NCBI GenBank assembly: GCA_043804695.1
Contig: JAZDIV010000139.1
Location: forward strand, 1 to 28,808
DNA length: 28,808 bases
Origin: PVC group bacterium
GTDB taxonomy: Bacteria > Auribacterota > Erginobacteria > Erginobacterales > Erginobacteraceae
Direction of reading: 5' to 3'
In this document: piece by piece, positions 16,893-26,705 of the stretch
How the letters are laid out: the number at the start of each line of letters is the position of its first letter
Numbering within the stretch: the stretch's first letter is position 1
Notes under the pieces: model-generated
What the model saw: the letters and a program-made list of their open reading frames with translations, nothing else
Databases searched by the model: none
Told to the model about the DNA's origin: nothing
Program-made: the position numbers and the translations under genes

Positions 16893-18458
16893 TCAGCATA
16901 CCGCTTCTCCACCGGACTTACCGCTTATGACTAATCTGTATATAGAATACACTATCGTATTGAATACGATAATAATACATACCCATCTGAGCCAGTAAAG
17001 GGGCGAGTGCAACAGGAAGGACGGGAACTTGGAGAAAAGAACATAGAGAGACAGAAGATAGACCAGAATTCCGTCCTTCCGGATCAGGATAACCCTCAAG
17101 ACAGTGCCCAGGAAAACAGCCAAGAAAACCCCGCCCGCCAATACTCCCGCTATTCCCCAATCCGCGTAGGCGGAAGTCAAGAGCGTCGATAATTGATCCC
17201 GATAACTGAGTTCGAAGTGCCGCAATATTTCTCCTTCCGGAGCCGCTATCGGCTTATCCGGCCAGATAACCCGGGGGATAATCTTGGCCGCACCCAGCAG
17301 GTTATGTCCGCCATGCATGAAAGGGATGCCGCCATTGATATGAGCATCCATGATGGCGGCGGGAAAATCCAGACCGGCAACACGTTTCTTTGCGTTCAAC
17401 AGCAAGATAAATTGCAGATTCTCCAGGCTGGTGAATTGCTCCGATGCGATGATCTTCTCCGTTCGAATCAAGATATTCTTCTCTTCCGTCGAGAACCGGC
17501 TGATGGAAGGATCCCGGATCTGAGCCATCTTTACCATGCTCATGATTAAAAACGCCAGCAACATGAGAATGAATCCCGTGATTAACCATACCCATTTCAG
17601 TTTTTGGGGGGAATAGAGCGCATAGACAACAATCATCACCAGGAAAATGAAAAAAACCAATTTTCGACTTTGAAAGGCAAAGAAGATCGGAAGGAGAAAG
17701 ACAAAACCGATGATAACCAGCACCCGGATGGTGCCATTCTTGCTTCTGAAGAAGAGAATGCTCATCAAGCAGCACGTCAGACTCAGCAGCAAAAAACTGG
17801 AAAGGGCAAAAATGTTATCCGTCTCGGAGACCGCCCCTTCAAATCGGAACGGCCGGAATATATACACGCTGGACATATGAAGAAAGAGCAAGAGGCAGGC
17901 GGCGTAAGCTATAATCGTGTAAAAAGGGATCGCTTTCTGAATCGACGGCGTGAAAAAATTGTCCAGCCCTCGTTCGATATACTCGTTCAGAGAGAACATT
18001 TTCACAACCAGTCGATAGGCGCTGTCAAAGAGGGCGAGACCGGCCACAATGACGGCCAGCATCGGGATATAGTATTCAGTGGCTCCATAGTTAAGTCCAA
18101 CCTGCTCGGGAAAGATCAGGGGAGGCACACTGCCGATCCCGTAGAATAATAGGCCGTTGAGGAGGATAACCGTATGGGGAGAGAAATAGCTAAAGACTCC
18201 CGAATGAACCGGCCGGGTCCACCATCTGAAGCCGACCAGAATCAGGAGAAGGAAGCAGATTGAAAACTGCAATGAATAGATCATTCCCTGCGTCGGCATG
18301 ATCAGGCAGGCGCAGCCCAGCCCGCTACCCAGTGCCACCCAGGCTATGATCACTTTCCGGCGGGAGAGATTGATCATGCCCGCTTCGCTTTCTTCCCGGC
18401 CCCCCTCCGGCAGGACCGAACCTCGGGCGGCGGTCATGGTGCTGTAACTGTCCGTCAT
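16893..18458 (-). CDS. wzy: Multi-pass membrane protein, probable Wzy polysaccharide polymerase
   Basis: About 11-12 hydrophobic segments, a large loop with IIPRVIWPDKP, and AYADWGIAGV. Located among the GTs and Wzx; ATGA-coupled to the upstream GT. Confidence 0.7.
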   Translation of the reverse strand: MTDSYSTMTAARGSVLPEGGREESEAGMINLSRRKVIIAWVALGSGLGCACLIMPTQGMIYSLQFSICFLLLILVGFRWWTRPVHSGVFSYFSPHTVILLNGLLFYGIGSVPPLIFPEQVGLNYGATEYYIPMLAVIVAGLALFDSAYRLVVKMFSLNEYIERGLDNFFTPSIQKAIPFYTIIAYAACLLLFLHMSSVYIFRPFRFEGAVSETDNIFALSSFLLLSLTCCLMSILFFRSKNGTIRVLVIIGFVFLLPIFFAFQSRKLVFFIFLVMIVVYALYSPQKLKWVWLITGFILMLLAFLIMSMVKMAQIRDPSISRFSTEEKNILIRTEKIIASEQFTSLENLQFILLLNAKKRVAGLDFPAAIMDAHINGGIPFMHGGHNLLGAAKIIPRVIWPDKPIAAPEGEILRHFELSYRDQLSTLLTSAYADWGIAGVLAGGVFLAVFLGTVLRVILIRKDGILVYLLSLYVLFSKFPSFLLHSPLYWLRWVCIIIVFNTIVYSIYRLVISGKSGGEAVC

Positions 18459-19597
18459 TTTAACATTTTATTATAATGATTTATGATCTCTCGGCCGTAG
18501 TCATCCCAAGAAAAACCACGGCGCACCCGGGCCCGCGCCTTCTTCCCCATTTCAGCGGCCAAAGACCGATTTTCATAAAGAAAAACCAGTTTCTGCTTGA
18601 GTGCTTCAACATCTCTGATCGGAATAATAAAACCTTCTTCCCCATCCTCGATTAAATCTTCTCCCCCTGTATTTGTCGTGCAGATCAGAGGCAATCCGCA
18701 AGCCATCGCCTGTAATTGTACCAATGCCATCCCCTCCTGAATAGAGTTCATCACGAAAACCGACCCCCGGGAATAGTACCGGGATAATCGGTTGCGGGCC
18801 TGGGGTCCGACCCAGTTAAAATATCCCGAATATTTTTCTAAAATCGGTTTGAACGGGTCGGGACATTTTCCGATCAAAAGCAGTTCGCTGTCGGGAAGTT
18901 TCAGCTCGCTGAAAGCTTTCAGGAGATAATGAACCCCTTTCTGCAGGCTCATGGTCCCGCAGAATACCACCCGAAAAACCCGGTCCTTGCCGGGGAGCGG
19001 CCGGAAATCAGATAAGTCGACCCCGTAAGGAAGAGATATCACCTTATCTTCACTGATACCCTTATCGATGAATGTCTTTTTCGCATAATGAGAAGGAACG
19101 ATTATCCAGTCCGCTTCTTCATATTCGGCCAGTTCCTTCTCGATAATTTTCGGGTGAGCCCCGGGAAAAGGAAGGCCGAACCTCTCATGCTCCTCCTTCA
19201 GAATTTCCTGCTGATAAAGCAGGTGGGCACTTCCCCTTTCCAGGACGGTCACCGCTCCCAGCGACCTGGCCCGTCGCATGGTCCGCAAAGAAAAACTGGA
19301 CAAGCCGGTAAATATATCACATTCGGTCAGCCGGGAACAGGCCCGGCGATCGAAAACGTCACAGGCCAGATACTGGGGATTATAGCAAGAGCGCAGGATG
19401 GGAGGGAAAATATTCCAGCCCCGGAAAATGATTTCCTTAATTAATACCGTCTGAACTTTATCCGCTGGTATCCCGGATCTGACCGCCTGGTAACGGGGAT
19501 AGGAGGTTATCAAGCGTCTTAGACTATTTCTCTTCTGAAGCTGACGGGCCAGGTCAAAAAGATGAAACCTTCCTCCCCCGCTGATTACGACCTGCAT
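18455..19597 (-). CDS. Glycosyltransferase family 4
   Basis: AGGGGA before ATG 19597; GRFHLFDLARQL, LERGSAH, PYGVD, KGVHYLL and SIQEGMALVQLQAMACGLP. Confidence 0.9.
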   Translation of the reverse strand: MQVVISGGGRFHLFDLARQLQKRNSLRRLITSYPRYQAVRSGIPADKVQTVLIKEIIFRGWNIFPPILRSCYNPQYLACDVFDRRACSRLTECDIFTGLSSFSLRTMRRARSLGAVTVLERGSAHLLYQQEILKEEHERFGLPFPGAHPKIIEKELAEYEEADWIIVPSHYAKKTFIDKGISEDKVISLPYGVDLSDFRPLPGKDRVFRVVFCGTMSLQKGVHYLLKAFSELKLPDSELLLIGKCPDPFKPILEKYSGYFNWVGPQARNRLSRYYSRGSVFVMNSIQEGMALVQLQAMACGLPLICTTNTGGEDLIEDGEEGFIIPIRDVEALKQKLVFLYENRSLAAEMGKKARARVRRGFSWDDYGREIINHYNKMLK

Positions 19598-21138
19598 CTT
19601 AATTTTCCCCTGAGCGAGGTAAGAATCGGTGATAATATGATTCTTTCCTGCCGATTCAGATAAAAATAATAACCCATGAACATACCAGACAGCAAGACAA
19701 CTGCGCCGAACAGAAAAACCGAACCCGGGGTTCCGAACGGCTTGATCACTTTCCAGAGCCAGTAAGCCCATAAATAAAGAACTACCACGCCCGGGAGGGC
19801 CCGGACGATCACTCCCCGGATAAATGCCCCCGTTGACTCTCCCAGGATTCGACAGGTACGGAGCGGAAGCGCCACTCCGCAGATAAGCCCCTCAGCGATG
19901 AATAGCCCCCCCACCGTACCTGCCGTTCCATACCGGCGGGTCAGGAAATACGCCAGTGTCAGGCCGGTGACCATGGAAGCAAATGTGCACATCCCGACTA
20001 AACCGGGCCGGTTGAAGGCTGCCTGGAAAGTACCGCTCAAGGACCAGATAATCTGAAGCACAATGTAGCCGAGAAAGATGTTCATCAACTGGGAATCATA
20101 GCTAATGCGACCTCTCGTCCACAGAGTGACAAGCTCCTTCCCGGCAAAATGAATAATTATTGCCAGGCAAAAGCTGATTAAAAAGCCTATCTTGACAATG
20201 AAAAAATGCGTCTTTTTCAATGTCTCATATTGCTTTTGAGCTTCCAGTGATGTCAACTCGGGCCAGAGGGCGATGTTGATCGCCTGGGGTATCTGTTTGG
20301 TGACATTAGCCAAGGTCCGCAAGGTTGAAAAAACCACAACTGCTGCCGGCCCCAGTTGAGTGGCGACTATGATGGTACTTCCGCTGAATCCCATCAGGGT
20401 AGAGATCTGGATCAGGAAGAAGCAGGAACCGGGGATTAAAAAACTGAAACCCTTTTTTAAACTTCCACCTTTAAAACCCAGGTGAACTTCCGGATGCCTC
20501 CGGCCGATATCCCGGAAAACATAGAGCACAATGAGCGAGATCGGCACCAGTTGGAGCAGGGCGAGGAGCGCGAATCCGCCGCCGGAGATAATAACCGTCC
20601 CCGTTATCAGGAAAACCAGGAGAACCTGGACATTCCCGATCATCGCTCCCCGGGGAAATTCCCCAAAGGTACGATAGAGGCCGGTAATGATGCCGCAGGG
20701 AATCTTGACGACAATCTGAATCGCCAGCAGGAAGGTCACCAGAACCGCCAGTGAGTGACCGGTATGGATGAAATGGAACCACCTTTCCAGGGGAAAAACC
20801 GGCAGGATCAATGCAATGAAAACGATGACGCTTGAACATACAATGACGCTTACCATCAGCGCACTGTGCAGGATATATATGTATTCGTCACTCCTCCCGG
20901 TGGAATAGCATTGATTTAACTTATTGATGACATAACTCTGGACCCCCAGTTCCAGCATGGACATATAACTGACCGCCGCGGCAAGCGATAACCATTCTCC
21001 ATAAGGCTCGGTACCCCAAAACTTCAAAAAAAGGGGAACCAGGATCACGCGCTCGATGATAGTTATCAGATTGCCCGCGAAAGTGACAAGACTTCCCAGG
21101 GCAACGCGTCGAATTTTCTGTCGGTTTGAGTCATTCAT
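19585..21138 (-). CDS. wzx: Wzx/MATE-like oligosaccharide flippase
   Basis: About 12-14 TM helices; VPLFLKFWG.EPYGEW..ELGV pattern typical of polysaccharide flippases. Confidence 0.85.
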   Translation of the reverse strand: MNDSNRQKIRRVALGSLVTFAGNLITIIERVILVPLFLKFWGTEPYGEWLSLAAAVSYMSMLELGVQSYVINKLNQCYSTGRSDEYIYILHSALMVSVIVCSSVIVFIALILPVFPLERWFHFIHTGHSLAVLVTFLLAIQIVVKIPCGIITGLYRTFGEFPRGAMIGNVQVLLVFLITGTVIISGGGFALLALLQLVPISLIVLYVFRDIGRRHPEVHLGFKGGSLKKGFSFLIPGSCFFLIQISTLMGFSGSTIIVATQLGPAAVVVFSTLRTLANVTKQIPQAINIALWPELTSLEAQKQYETLKKTHFFIVKIGFLISFCLAIIIHFAGKELVTLWTRGRISYDSQLMNIFLGYIVLQIIWSLSGTFQAAFNRPGLVGMCTFASMVTGLTLAYFLTRRYGTAGTVGGLFIAEGLICGVALPLRTCRILGESTGAFIRGVIVRALPGVVVLYLWAYWLWKVIKPFGTPGSVFLFGAVVLLSGMFMGYYFYLNRQERIILSPILTSLRGKLRCRS

Positions 21139-21164
21139 AAAGACATCTGCAAAATATTAATAAA

Positions 21165-21208
21165 AATGCCATATAGGCTTCGCAACAATTATATTATTAT
21201 ATGGCATT
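21165..21208. promoter_or_regulatory. 11-bp inverted repeat in the divergent wzx / methyltransferase intergenic region
   Basis: AATGCCATATA (21165-21175), a 22-nt spacer, then TATATGGCATT (21198-21208). Confidence 0.4.
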
Positions 21209-21288
21209 GGAAAGTTAGACAAATTATTAAATCATGTTAACTCAAGCCATTCAATTCAATCGTTAGGCGAAAAATAAAGGAGAACCGT

Positions 21289-22008
21289 ATGTCATCAAAT
21301 GTTCCTGCCGAAGTTGAAATACAAAGAAAGTACTATGCTGGAACTGCTGGCCGGTACAACGAAATGCATGTGCGCGAAAAGGATGCGCATTATTTCGCCT
21401 TATCATTAATGGTTGCGACGTTAGATTATTTTAATATTAAATCTATCCTTGAAATAGGTTCTGGAACAGGAAGGGCAGTCTCTTATGTGAAGAATAAATG
21501 CCCGGAGATAAGGATAGTAGGGGTGGAACCGGTCAAGGAATTACGTGAGATCGGATACAAACAGGGGCTATCTCATGAAGAACTTGTTGCTGGAAATGCA
21601 CTGAATCTGAAGTTTAACAATGGAGAGTTCGATATGGTTTGTGCATTTGGGATGTTGCATCACATCAGGACTCCGGAGATCGCAGTGGCAGAAATGCTCC
21701 GAGTCGCCAAAAAGACACTATTTATATCTGATGCCAATAATTTCGGCCAGGGTTCTCTCATCGTCCGCAGTATTAAACAGCTCATTAACCTTTTCGGCTT
21801 GTGGAAGATAGCAGACCTGATCAAAACAAAAGGGAAAGGATACACAATTCTAAAAGGCGACGGACTTGTTTATTCCTATTCTATCTTCACTAACTATAAA
21901 CAGATAGAACAAGAATGCAAGAGTATCCACTTATTGAACACCGGAGAAGGAGGAATAAACCTTTATAGAACCGCAAGTCAGGTGGCTCTTCTTGGCCTCA
22001 AGAAATAA
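21289..22008 (+). CDS. Class I SAM-dependent methyltransferase
   Basis: AAGGAG RBS; ILEIGSGTG, GVEP, FDMV..FGMLHHI and EMLRVAK. Confidence 0.9.
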   Translation: MSSNVPAEVEIQRKYYAGTAGRYNEMHVREKDAHYFALSLMVATLDYFNIKSILEIGSGTGRAVSYVKNKCPEIRIVGVEPVKELREIGYKQGLSHEELVAGNALNLKFNNGEFDMVCAFGMLHHIRTPEIAVAEMLRVAKKTLFISDANNFGQGSLIVRSIKQLINLFGLWKIADLIKTKGKGYTILKGDGLVYSYSIFTNYKQIEQECKSIHLLNTGEGGINLYRTASQVALLGLKK

Positions 22009-22028
22009 AAGCAGGGACAGCAATTACA

Positions 22029-23018
22029 TTATAATTTTTTTATGCTCCGGGGATAAAAAACAGGTTTAACCTTATACCGCAACCGGGCAATCGCACGCTT
22101 TTTCCCTCTCCAGATGAATCCCAGCCCTATTGTTACCAAAAACAGTTTGACCTTCACCATCCATGAGTTCGAAAGCCGGAAAATCTGCTCCTTGATCTCC
22201 CGCCGGGGTCCCGGGTTGAAAGTAATAGAACTGGTTATGAAGGAGAGTGCCTTCTTTCTCCGGGCTTTCTTAAAGAGCTTTAACCATCCGGGGTATAGTT
22301 GCAGGATTTTCGGCTGATATGTCTCGTAGAACGATATCAGAGCCAGGAAAAATTCCCATCGGCGCGCGCCGGCGCGATACTCGTCAACCCAGTCCCGATA
22401 TTTCATCAATACTCTCTCGTTATAGGCAACGTCCCCGTACTGAAGCAGACGCAGGCATAACTCCCAATCAACGAAAAGTTCCGTATCTATTCCGCCTACC
22501 GCTTCATAGGCCGCCCGACGGACCAAGCAGGCATCCCCCACGCACTTCATACCGTCGATATAACGCTTTAATTCCTGCGAACCTTTACGGACCCAGCTAT
22601 GATTAATTGACTTCTCCAGGCGGATGGTCTTGCCTGCCTCATCGATTCTTTCCACGGCACAATACACAAAAGCGACGCTCGGATATCTATCCAGGAAAGA
22701 GGCCTGCGATTCAATAAACTCCGGTAAAAACAGATCATCGGAGCAAACATAACAAAAATACTCCCCCCGGCTCCTCGAGATACAAAAAGTGAAATTATCT
22801 TTTACCGGCAGGAACTGCCCGGGCCTGACGATCCTGAGACGCGGGTCGGAAAACTGACCGAGAACCTCATCCGTGTTATCAGTACAGTGATTTACCGAGA
22901 CTATTATCTCAATGTCCCGGTAGGTCTGGTTCAAGGCGCTCTGCAAACACTCTCCCAGGAAGCGCCCCTGGTTATAGGTTGGGATGCAGATTGATACTTT
23001 GGGTATCTCGCTGTTCAT
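22029..23018 (-). CDS. Glycosyltransferase family 2
   Basis: PKVSICIPTYN, SALNQTY, CTDNT, SDD and DWELCLRL. The start could instead be 23045 or 23090. Confidence 0.9.
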   Translation of the reverse strand: MNSEIPKVSICIPTYNQGRFLGECLQSALNQTYRDIEIIVSVNHCTDNTDEVLGQFSDPRLRIVRPGQFLPVKDNFTFCISRSRGEYFCYVCSDDLFLPEFIESQASFLDRYPSVAFVYCAVERIDEAGKTIRLEKSINHSWVRKGSQELKRYIDGMKCVGDACLVRRAAYEAVGGIDTELFVDWELCLRLLQYGDVAYNERVLMKYRDWVDEYRAGARRWEFFLALISFYETYQPKILQLYPGWLKLFKKARRKKALSFITSSITFNPGPRREIKEQIFRLSNSWMVKVKLFLVTIGLGFIWRGKKRAIARLRYKVKPVFYPRSIKKL

Positions 23019-23076
23019 CTTTGATTCATTCCCATCACCGGACATATCCGAACCGGACCGATACCGGGAGCGAAGC

Positions 23077-23850
23077 TTAATCTTCGCCAATCCGCTTCAG
23101 GAAAGCTGACGGCCAGTATGTTATCCTGAAATCGATCTTGCCTTCATTGAAGGTGAACTCCGGATCTTCCATGATGAACTCAGGATGAACGGCGGCGAAG
23201 TCTTCCGCCGCGGCTTTCGGGTTATCATATCTCCAGCCGGTATTCCCTCCCGGAACATCACACAAGGATTCCATGTAGCCGTCCGTAACCACGAGATAAG
23301 AATCCCGGGTTACCAGCGGCCCATATAAATCCAGCTCTTTCAACACATGCGACTTATGGTGATCCGAATCCAGAACTACCAGTACCGTCTCCCCGGGACG
23401 AATCAGATCCCTGACTTTCCGGACAGTCTCGTCGGACGTTGAACTCCCCTCGATCAATGTGATCCAGGGGAACATGGCATGGGCTTCTAACGCTTTGCGG
23501 TGGTGAGGATAAATCTCAACATCAATGGATATGACCCGGCCCCGGTCCAGGCACTTGCAAAGGCTGGCGAATAAAACAGCTGACCCGCCGTGCGCGACCC
23601 CGGTTTCAATGATTACATCCGGCCGGACCCGCCAGATAATCTCCTGAATGAGCATGACGTCTTCCGGGAGCTGGATAATCGGGACGCCCAGCCAGGAGAA
23701 TCCGTAGGAATATTTTTGATCCCATCCGACATTTAACCATTGCCGGGAGAGCAGGCGGAATGCCTCAGGAGAGTAAAGGCCGATCTCACGACGATCGCCA
23801 TTCTCTTCCTGAACCAGAGAACCGGCGGCGGTGTCGATTATCAATCTCAT
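23077..23850 (-). CDS. CmcI-family (cephalosporin hydroxylase-like) sugar O-methyltransferase
   Basis: KYSYGFSWLGVPIIQLPED, PDVIIETGVAHGGS, VLDSDH and DNPKAA. Confidence 0.9.
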   Translation of the reverse strand: MRLIIDTAAGSLVQEENGDRREIGLYSPEAFRLLSRQWLNVGWDQKYSYGFSWLGVPIIQLPEDVMLIQEIIWRVRPDVIIETGVAHGGSAVLFASLCKCLDRGRVISIDVEIYPHHRKALEAHAMFPWITLIEGSSTSDETVRKVRDLIRPGETVLVVLDSDHHKSHVLKELDLYGPLVTRDSYLVVTDGYMESLCDVPGGNTGWRYDNPKAAAEDFAAVHPEFIMEDPEFTFNEGKIDFRITYWPSAFLKRIGED

Positions 23851-23880
23851 TATAAATTAGCTCGCTGCGCTTGATTTTAT
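23851..23880 (-). repeat. Second copy of the CTCGCTGCGCT element, directly abutting a start codon
   Basis: TATAAATTAGCTCGCTGCGCT matches 14270-14290 at 20/21. Confidence 0.7.
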
Positions 23881-24033
23881 CAAATTCTCCGGCAATGAAT
23901 TACAGCCAAAGGTCTATTTCTGCCGGCAGCGTTAACAGAAAGAATAACAGGTTGTCCTTCCGGAGAAGAAAAAGCAGAGTGCGGTAGCCGCATAAACAAG
24001 ATTGCTATTTATAATACATTGAACGACAATTAG

Positions 24034-24084
24034 TAACCTGGATTATTCATGAAAATATTTAATTTTCATGAATAATCCAGGTTA
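24034..24084. repeat. Palindromic element with perfect 23-bp arms and a 5-nt loop
   Basis: TAACCTGGATTATTCATGAAAAT-ATTTA-ATTTTCATGAATAATCCAGGTTA. Confidence 0.95.
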
Positions 24085-24101
24085 GCGCCTCCGGCGCTGC
24101 T

Positions 24102-25283
24102 TCATGGTGTTTCGATGTCTACCAGAGTTGTAGCAATCCCGCCTTCCCGGAGCATTCTCCGGCATTCTTCAGTATAATTTGAATTCATCACTATCGCCGT
24201 AGCTATATCATATTTCGAGAGATCCCGGAAAGAGATAATCGGATGACCGGTGCCCGGGATAAATCCCCCCTGCTTGTTCGGGTTCACATCGACCACACAC
24301 CTTATCCGGCGGCAGGCAGGGTCAAGCAGGTTGGCAAAAGTAACCCCCTTTGCCCCCGCTCCCCAGAGCGCCACCGGCCCGGAAGAACAGAGCCCGTCCA
24401 GACGGCCATCCCAGTCCCTGATCAGACTATTTTCCCTGACGGAAAATCCCTTCGCCAGGATGCAAACATCGTGGGGAGAAAATTCGACATCGCTCTGTCC
24501 GGGATAGCCGGCCTCCAGCCACAGGTACTGATCTTTGAAAACTCTCCGGGACTTCTCGACGTGAAAGCCGGCCAGCTGAAAGGCGGTGGCTAATGATGAC
24601 TGAGAAAAATAGGAACAGTGCTCGTAAAAAAAATCCCAGAATGCTCCATTCTGGAGGATCCACTCCACACCGGGTGTCTCAAAAAAAAATTCGCAGCGGG
24701 GGGCGGCTGCCACGGCTTGCCGGGCGGATACCAGCAAAGCTACAGGATCGGGGTCGTGCTCTATCACATGACGGCAGATGACCGCATCCGCCGGCAAAAA
24801 ACTGTCCCCGGACCGGAAAAATTTTCTTTCAAATTTCAGGCGACCGCCAAACATTTCTTCCGGGCCGGAGTAACTGGGATCGAGACCAAGGCCGGAATTA
24901 CTCCCCCGTTCACACAATTTTTTCAACAGCAAACCATTTCCGCATCCGATCTCAATTATCCGTTTGCCCCGCAGTCCTTTCTTCAGGAGGAAGTATTCAA
25001 CCAACTCAGCCAGGTATTCTTGAAAAAAAGGCGAGCCGGCCTGGTCATTATCATACTCTTTCCCGTAAGCAAGCAATTCTTTCTGATAAGCCCGGTTAAA
25101 GATAAATCCGCAGTCCCGGCAGACAGCCAGGACAAGGTCCCCTTTTTGAACGTTCAAGGCGCCCCGCCGCTCCCGGACAATCAGATTCTGATGTACCGCG
25201 ACCGATCGACGGTGCAAAAAATCATCGACCCGAAAAGTCCGGCAGACCGGGCAAGCGGTTGATTTCACCGCTCCCGCCACCAT
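24102..25283 (-). CDS. NDP-sugar C-methyltransferase-like SAM-dependent methyltransferase (second paralog)
   Basis: Zn-type CPVC..CRDC, IEIGCGNG, RHVIEH, FFYEHCSYF, WGAGAKG and KQGGFIPGTG. Confidence 0.82.
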   Translation of the reverse strand: MVAGAVKSTACPVCRTFRVDDFLHRRSVAVHQNLIVRERRGALNVQKGDLVLAVCRDCGFIFNRAYQKELLAYGKEYDNDQAGSPFFQEYLAELVEYFLLKKGLRGKRIIEIGCGNGLLLKKLCERGSNSGLGLDPSYSGPEEMFGGRLKFERKFFRSGDSFLPADAVICRHVIEHDPDPVALLVSARQAVAAAPRCEFFFETPGVEWILQNGAFWDFFYEHCSYFSQSSLATAFQLAGFHVEKSRRVFKDQYLWLEAGYPGQSDVEFSPHDVCILAKGFSVRENSLIRDWDGRLDGLCSSGPVALWGAGAKGVTFANLLDPACRRIRCVVDVNPNKQGGFIPGTGHPIISFRDLSKYDIATAIVMNSNYTEECRRMLREGGIATTLVDIETP

Positions 25284-26170
25284 TGAATGGTCCGGTCCAG
25301 CCCGGAGGAGAGATCAAACCGCGGTTCCCAGCCGACTTCTTCCCGCAGCCTGGTGATGTCGGCCAGCAGAAACAGCGGGCTGACTCCGGGGCGGCCCGCG
25401 CCGTCCGACGCGATCAGGTCCGGTCTCCCCATCTTCCCTCCCAGCATGAGAACGACATCCTGCAATTTTACCGGGGTGCCGGAAGCGATATTGACCGCTC
25501 CTTCAACCTTGCTTCCCAGCAATTCAACCAGCGCTCCGGCCGCGTCTTCAACATAGAGAAAATCTTTTGTCTGTTCCCCGTTTGCGCAGTGAGCGGGGCG
25601 CCCCCGTAATAATGAACGGATTATCGATGGGATCAGGCGGCCGGGGTGCTCGCGAGGGCCGTAGAGGAAGAAAATCCTGCCCCAGGAACTGCTGATGCCC
25701 AACTGCGGGGCCAGTCGCTTGAACATCTCGTGAAGACAATGCTTGCTGATCCCGTACAGGGTAGAAGGTCGGCAGGGGGTTATCTCTTCGGAACAGTAGC
25801 CGTACGACCAATCGTACTCGGCGCAGGTCCCCGCGGTCACCGCTCGCTTCCCCCCGTTTTGGGCGAAGGCGGCATAGAGTGTCAGAGAAGCCTGCACCCA
25901 GCGGACATTCAGGGGAGACTCCCAGTATTTTTTATGCTCCGTATACCAGGCCAGATGGAGAAGTTGTGAGGGCTTCACCGCGGCCAGCAATTTCCGGACC
26001 TGGCGGTCGTCCAGAAGATTACATCGGTGGTACTGGAGTCCCTTCTCAAGATGCCCGGCGGGTTGATCACCGACAATAACCGCGTGCACTTCATAACCGC
26101 GTTCCCCGAGCAAAGCCACAACCTGACTTCCGATAAAGCCGTCAGCTCCGGTTACCAGCACTTTCTTCAT
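25265..26170 (-). CDS. NAD-dependent epimerase/4-ketoreductase (extended SDR)
   Basis: VLVTGADGFIG, HLAW, AGTCAEY, YGISK and GRIFFLYGP. Confidence 0.9.
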   Translation of the reverse strand: MKKVLVTGADGFIGSQVVALLGERGYEVHAVIVGDQPAGHLEKGLQYHRCNLLDDRQVRKLLAAVKPSQLLHLAWYTEHKKYWESPLNVRWVQASLTLYAAFAQNGGKRAVTAGTCAEYDWSYGYCSEEITPCRPSTLYGISKHCLHEMFKRLAPQLGISSSWGRIFFLYGPREHPGRLIPSIIRSLLRGRPAHCANGEQTKDFLYVEDAAGALVELLGSKVEGAVNIASGTPVKLQDVVLMLGGKMGRPDLIASDGAGRPGVSPLFLLADITRLREEVGWEPRFDLSSGLDRTIQWWRER

Positions 26171-26174
26171 CAGC

Positions 26175-26705
26175 TTAACCGGAAAAATCCGGGAACGCCC
26201 GGTCTCTGCCGGATATCACAGAGACGGGCAACGGCCATTTAATGTCGAATGCCGGATCATTCCACCGGCAGCCGGCCGCCGCGCCGGGATGATGGATCGC
26301 TCCCATCAGGTAAGACACCCCCGAGCGGTCCCGGCGGGTTAAAAACCCATGCGCGAATCCTACCGGAATGTACAGCATGACGCAGTTATCCTCATCAAGA
26401 TCAATCCCGAGCCACCGGCGATAGGTCGGGGAAGAGGGCCGGAGGTCGATAATGACATCGTACACGGCGCCCCGAACGCAGCTTACCAACTTCGTCTCCT
26501 GATGAGGAGGCAGCTGGTAATGCATTCCGCGGAGGGTCCCCTTGTTCCTATTAAAGGAAATGTTGCACTGTACGAAGACCGGATTCAGGCCCCGGGCCTT
26601 AAATTCTTCCCGGCAGAACGTGCGGGCGAAAAAACCCCTTTCATCCTCCTGCTTGTCCGGCCGGATGACATAGGCGCCGGGCAACGATGTCTCTTCAAAT
26701 TTCAC
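26175..26705 (-). CDS. rfbC: dTDP-4-dehydrorhamnose 3,5-epimerase (RmlC family)
   Basis: DERGFFAR, GTLRGMHYQ, KLVSCVRGAVYDV.IDLR and GFAHGF. The GTG start overlaps the upstream TGA. Confidence 0.93.
   Translation of the reverse strand: MKFEETSLPGAYVIRPDKQEDERGFFARTFCREEFKARGLNPVFVQCNISFNRNKGTLRGMHYQLPPHQETKLVSCVRGAVYDVIIDLRPSSPTYRRWLGIDLDEDNCVMLYIPVGFAHGFLTRRDRSGVSYLMGAIHHPGAAAGCRWNDPAFDIKWPLPVSVISGRDRAFPDFSG

Noticed and set aside
19598..19771. Long upstream extension of the GT4 overlapping wzx (likewise 15463-15528)
   Set aside because: Internal ATGs with an RBS coincide with the start of the GT4 fold.
23980..23992. ops/JUMPStart-like GCGGTAGC
   Set aside because: Partial match, on the strand opposite to the operon; better explained as a small TGCGG-TAG-CCGCA hairpin.
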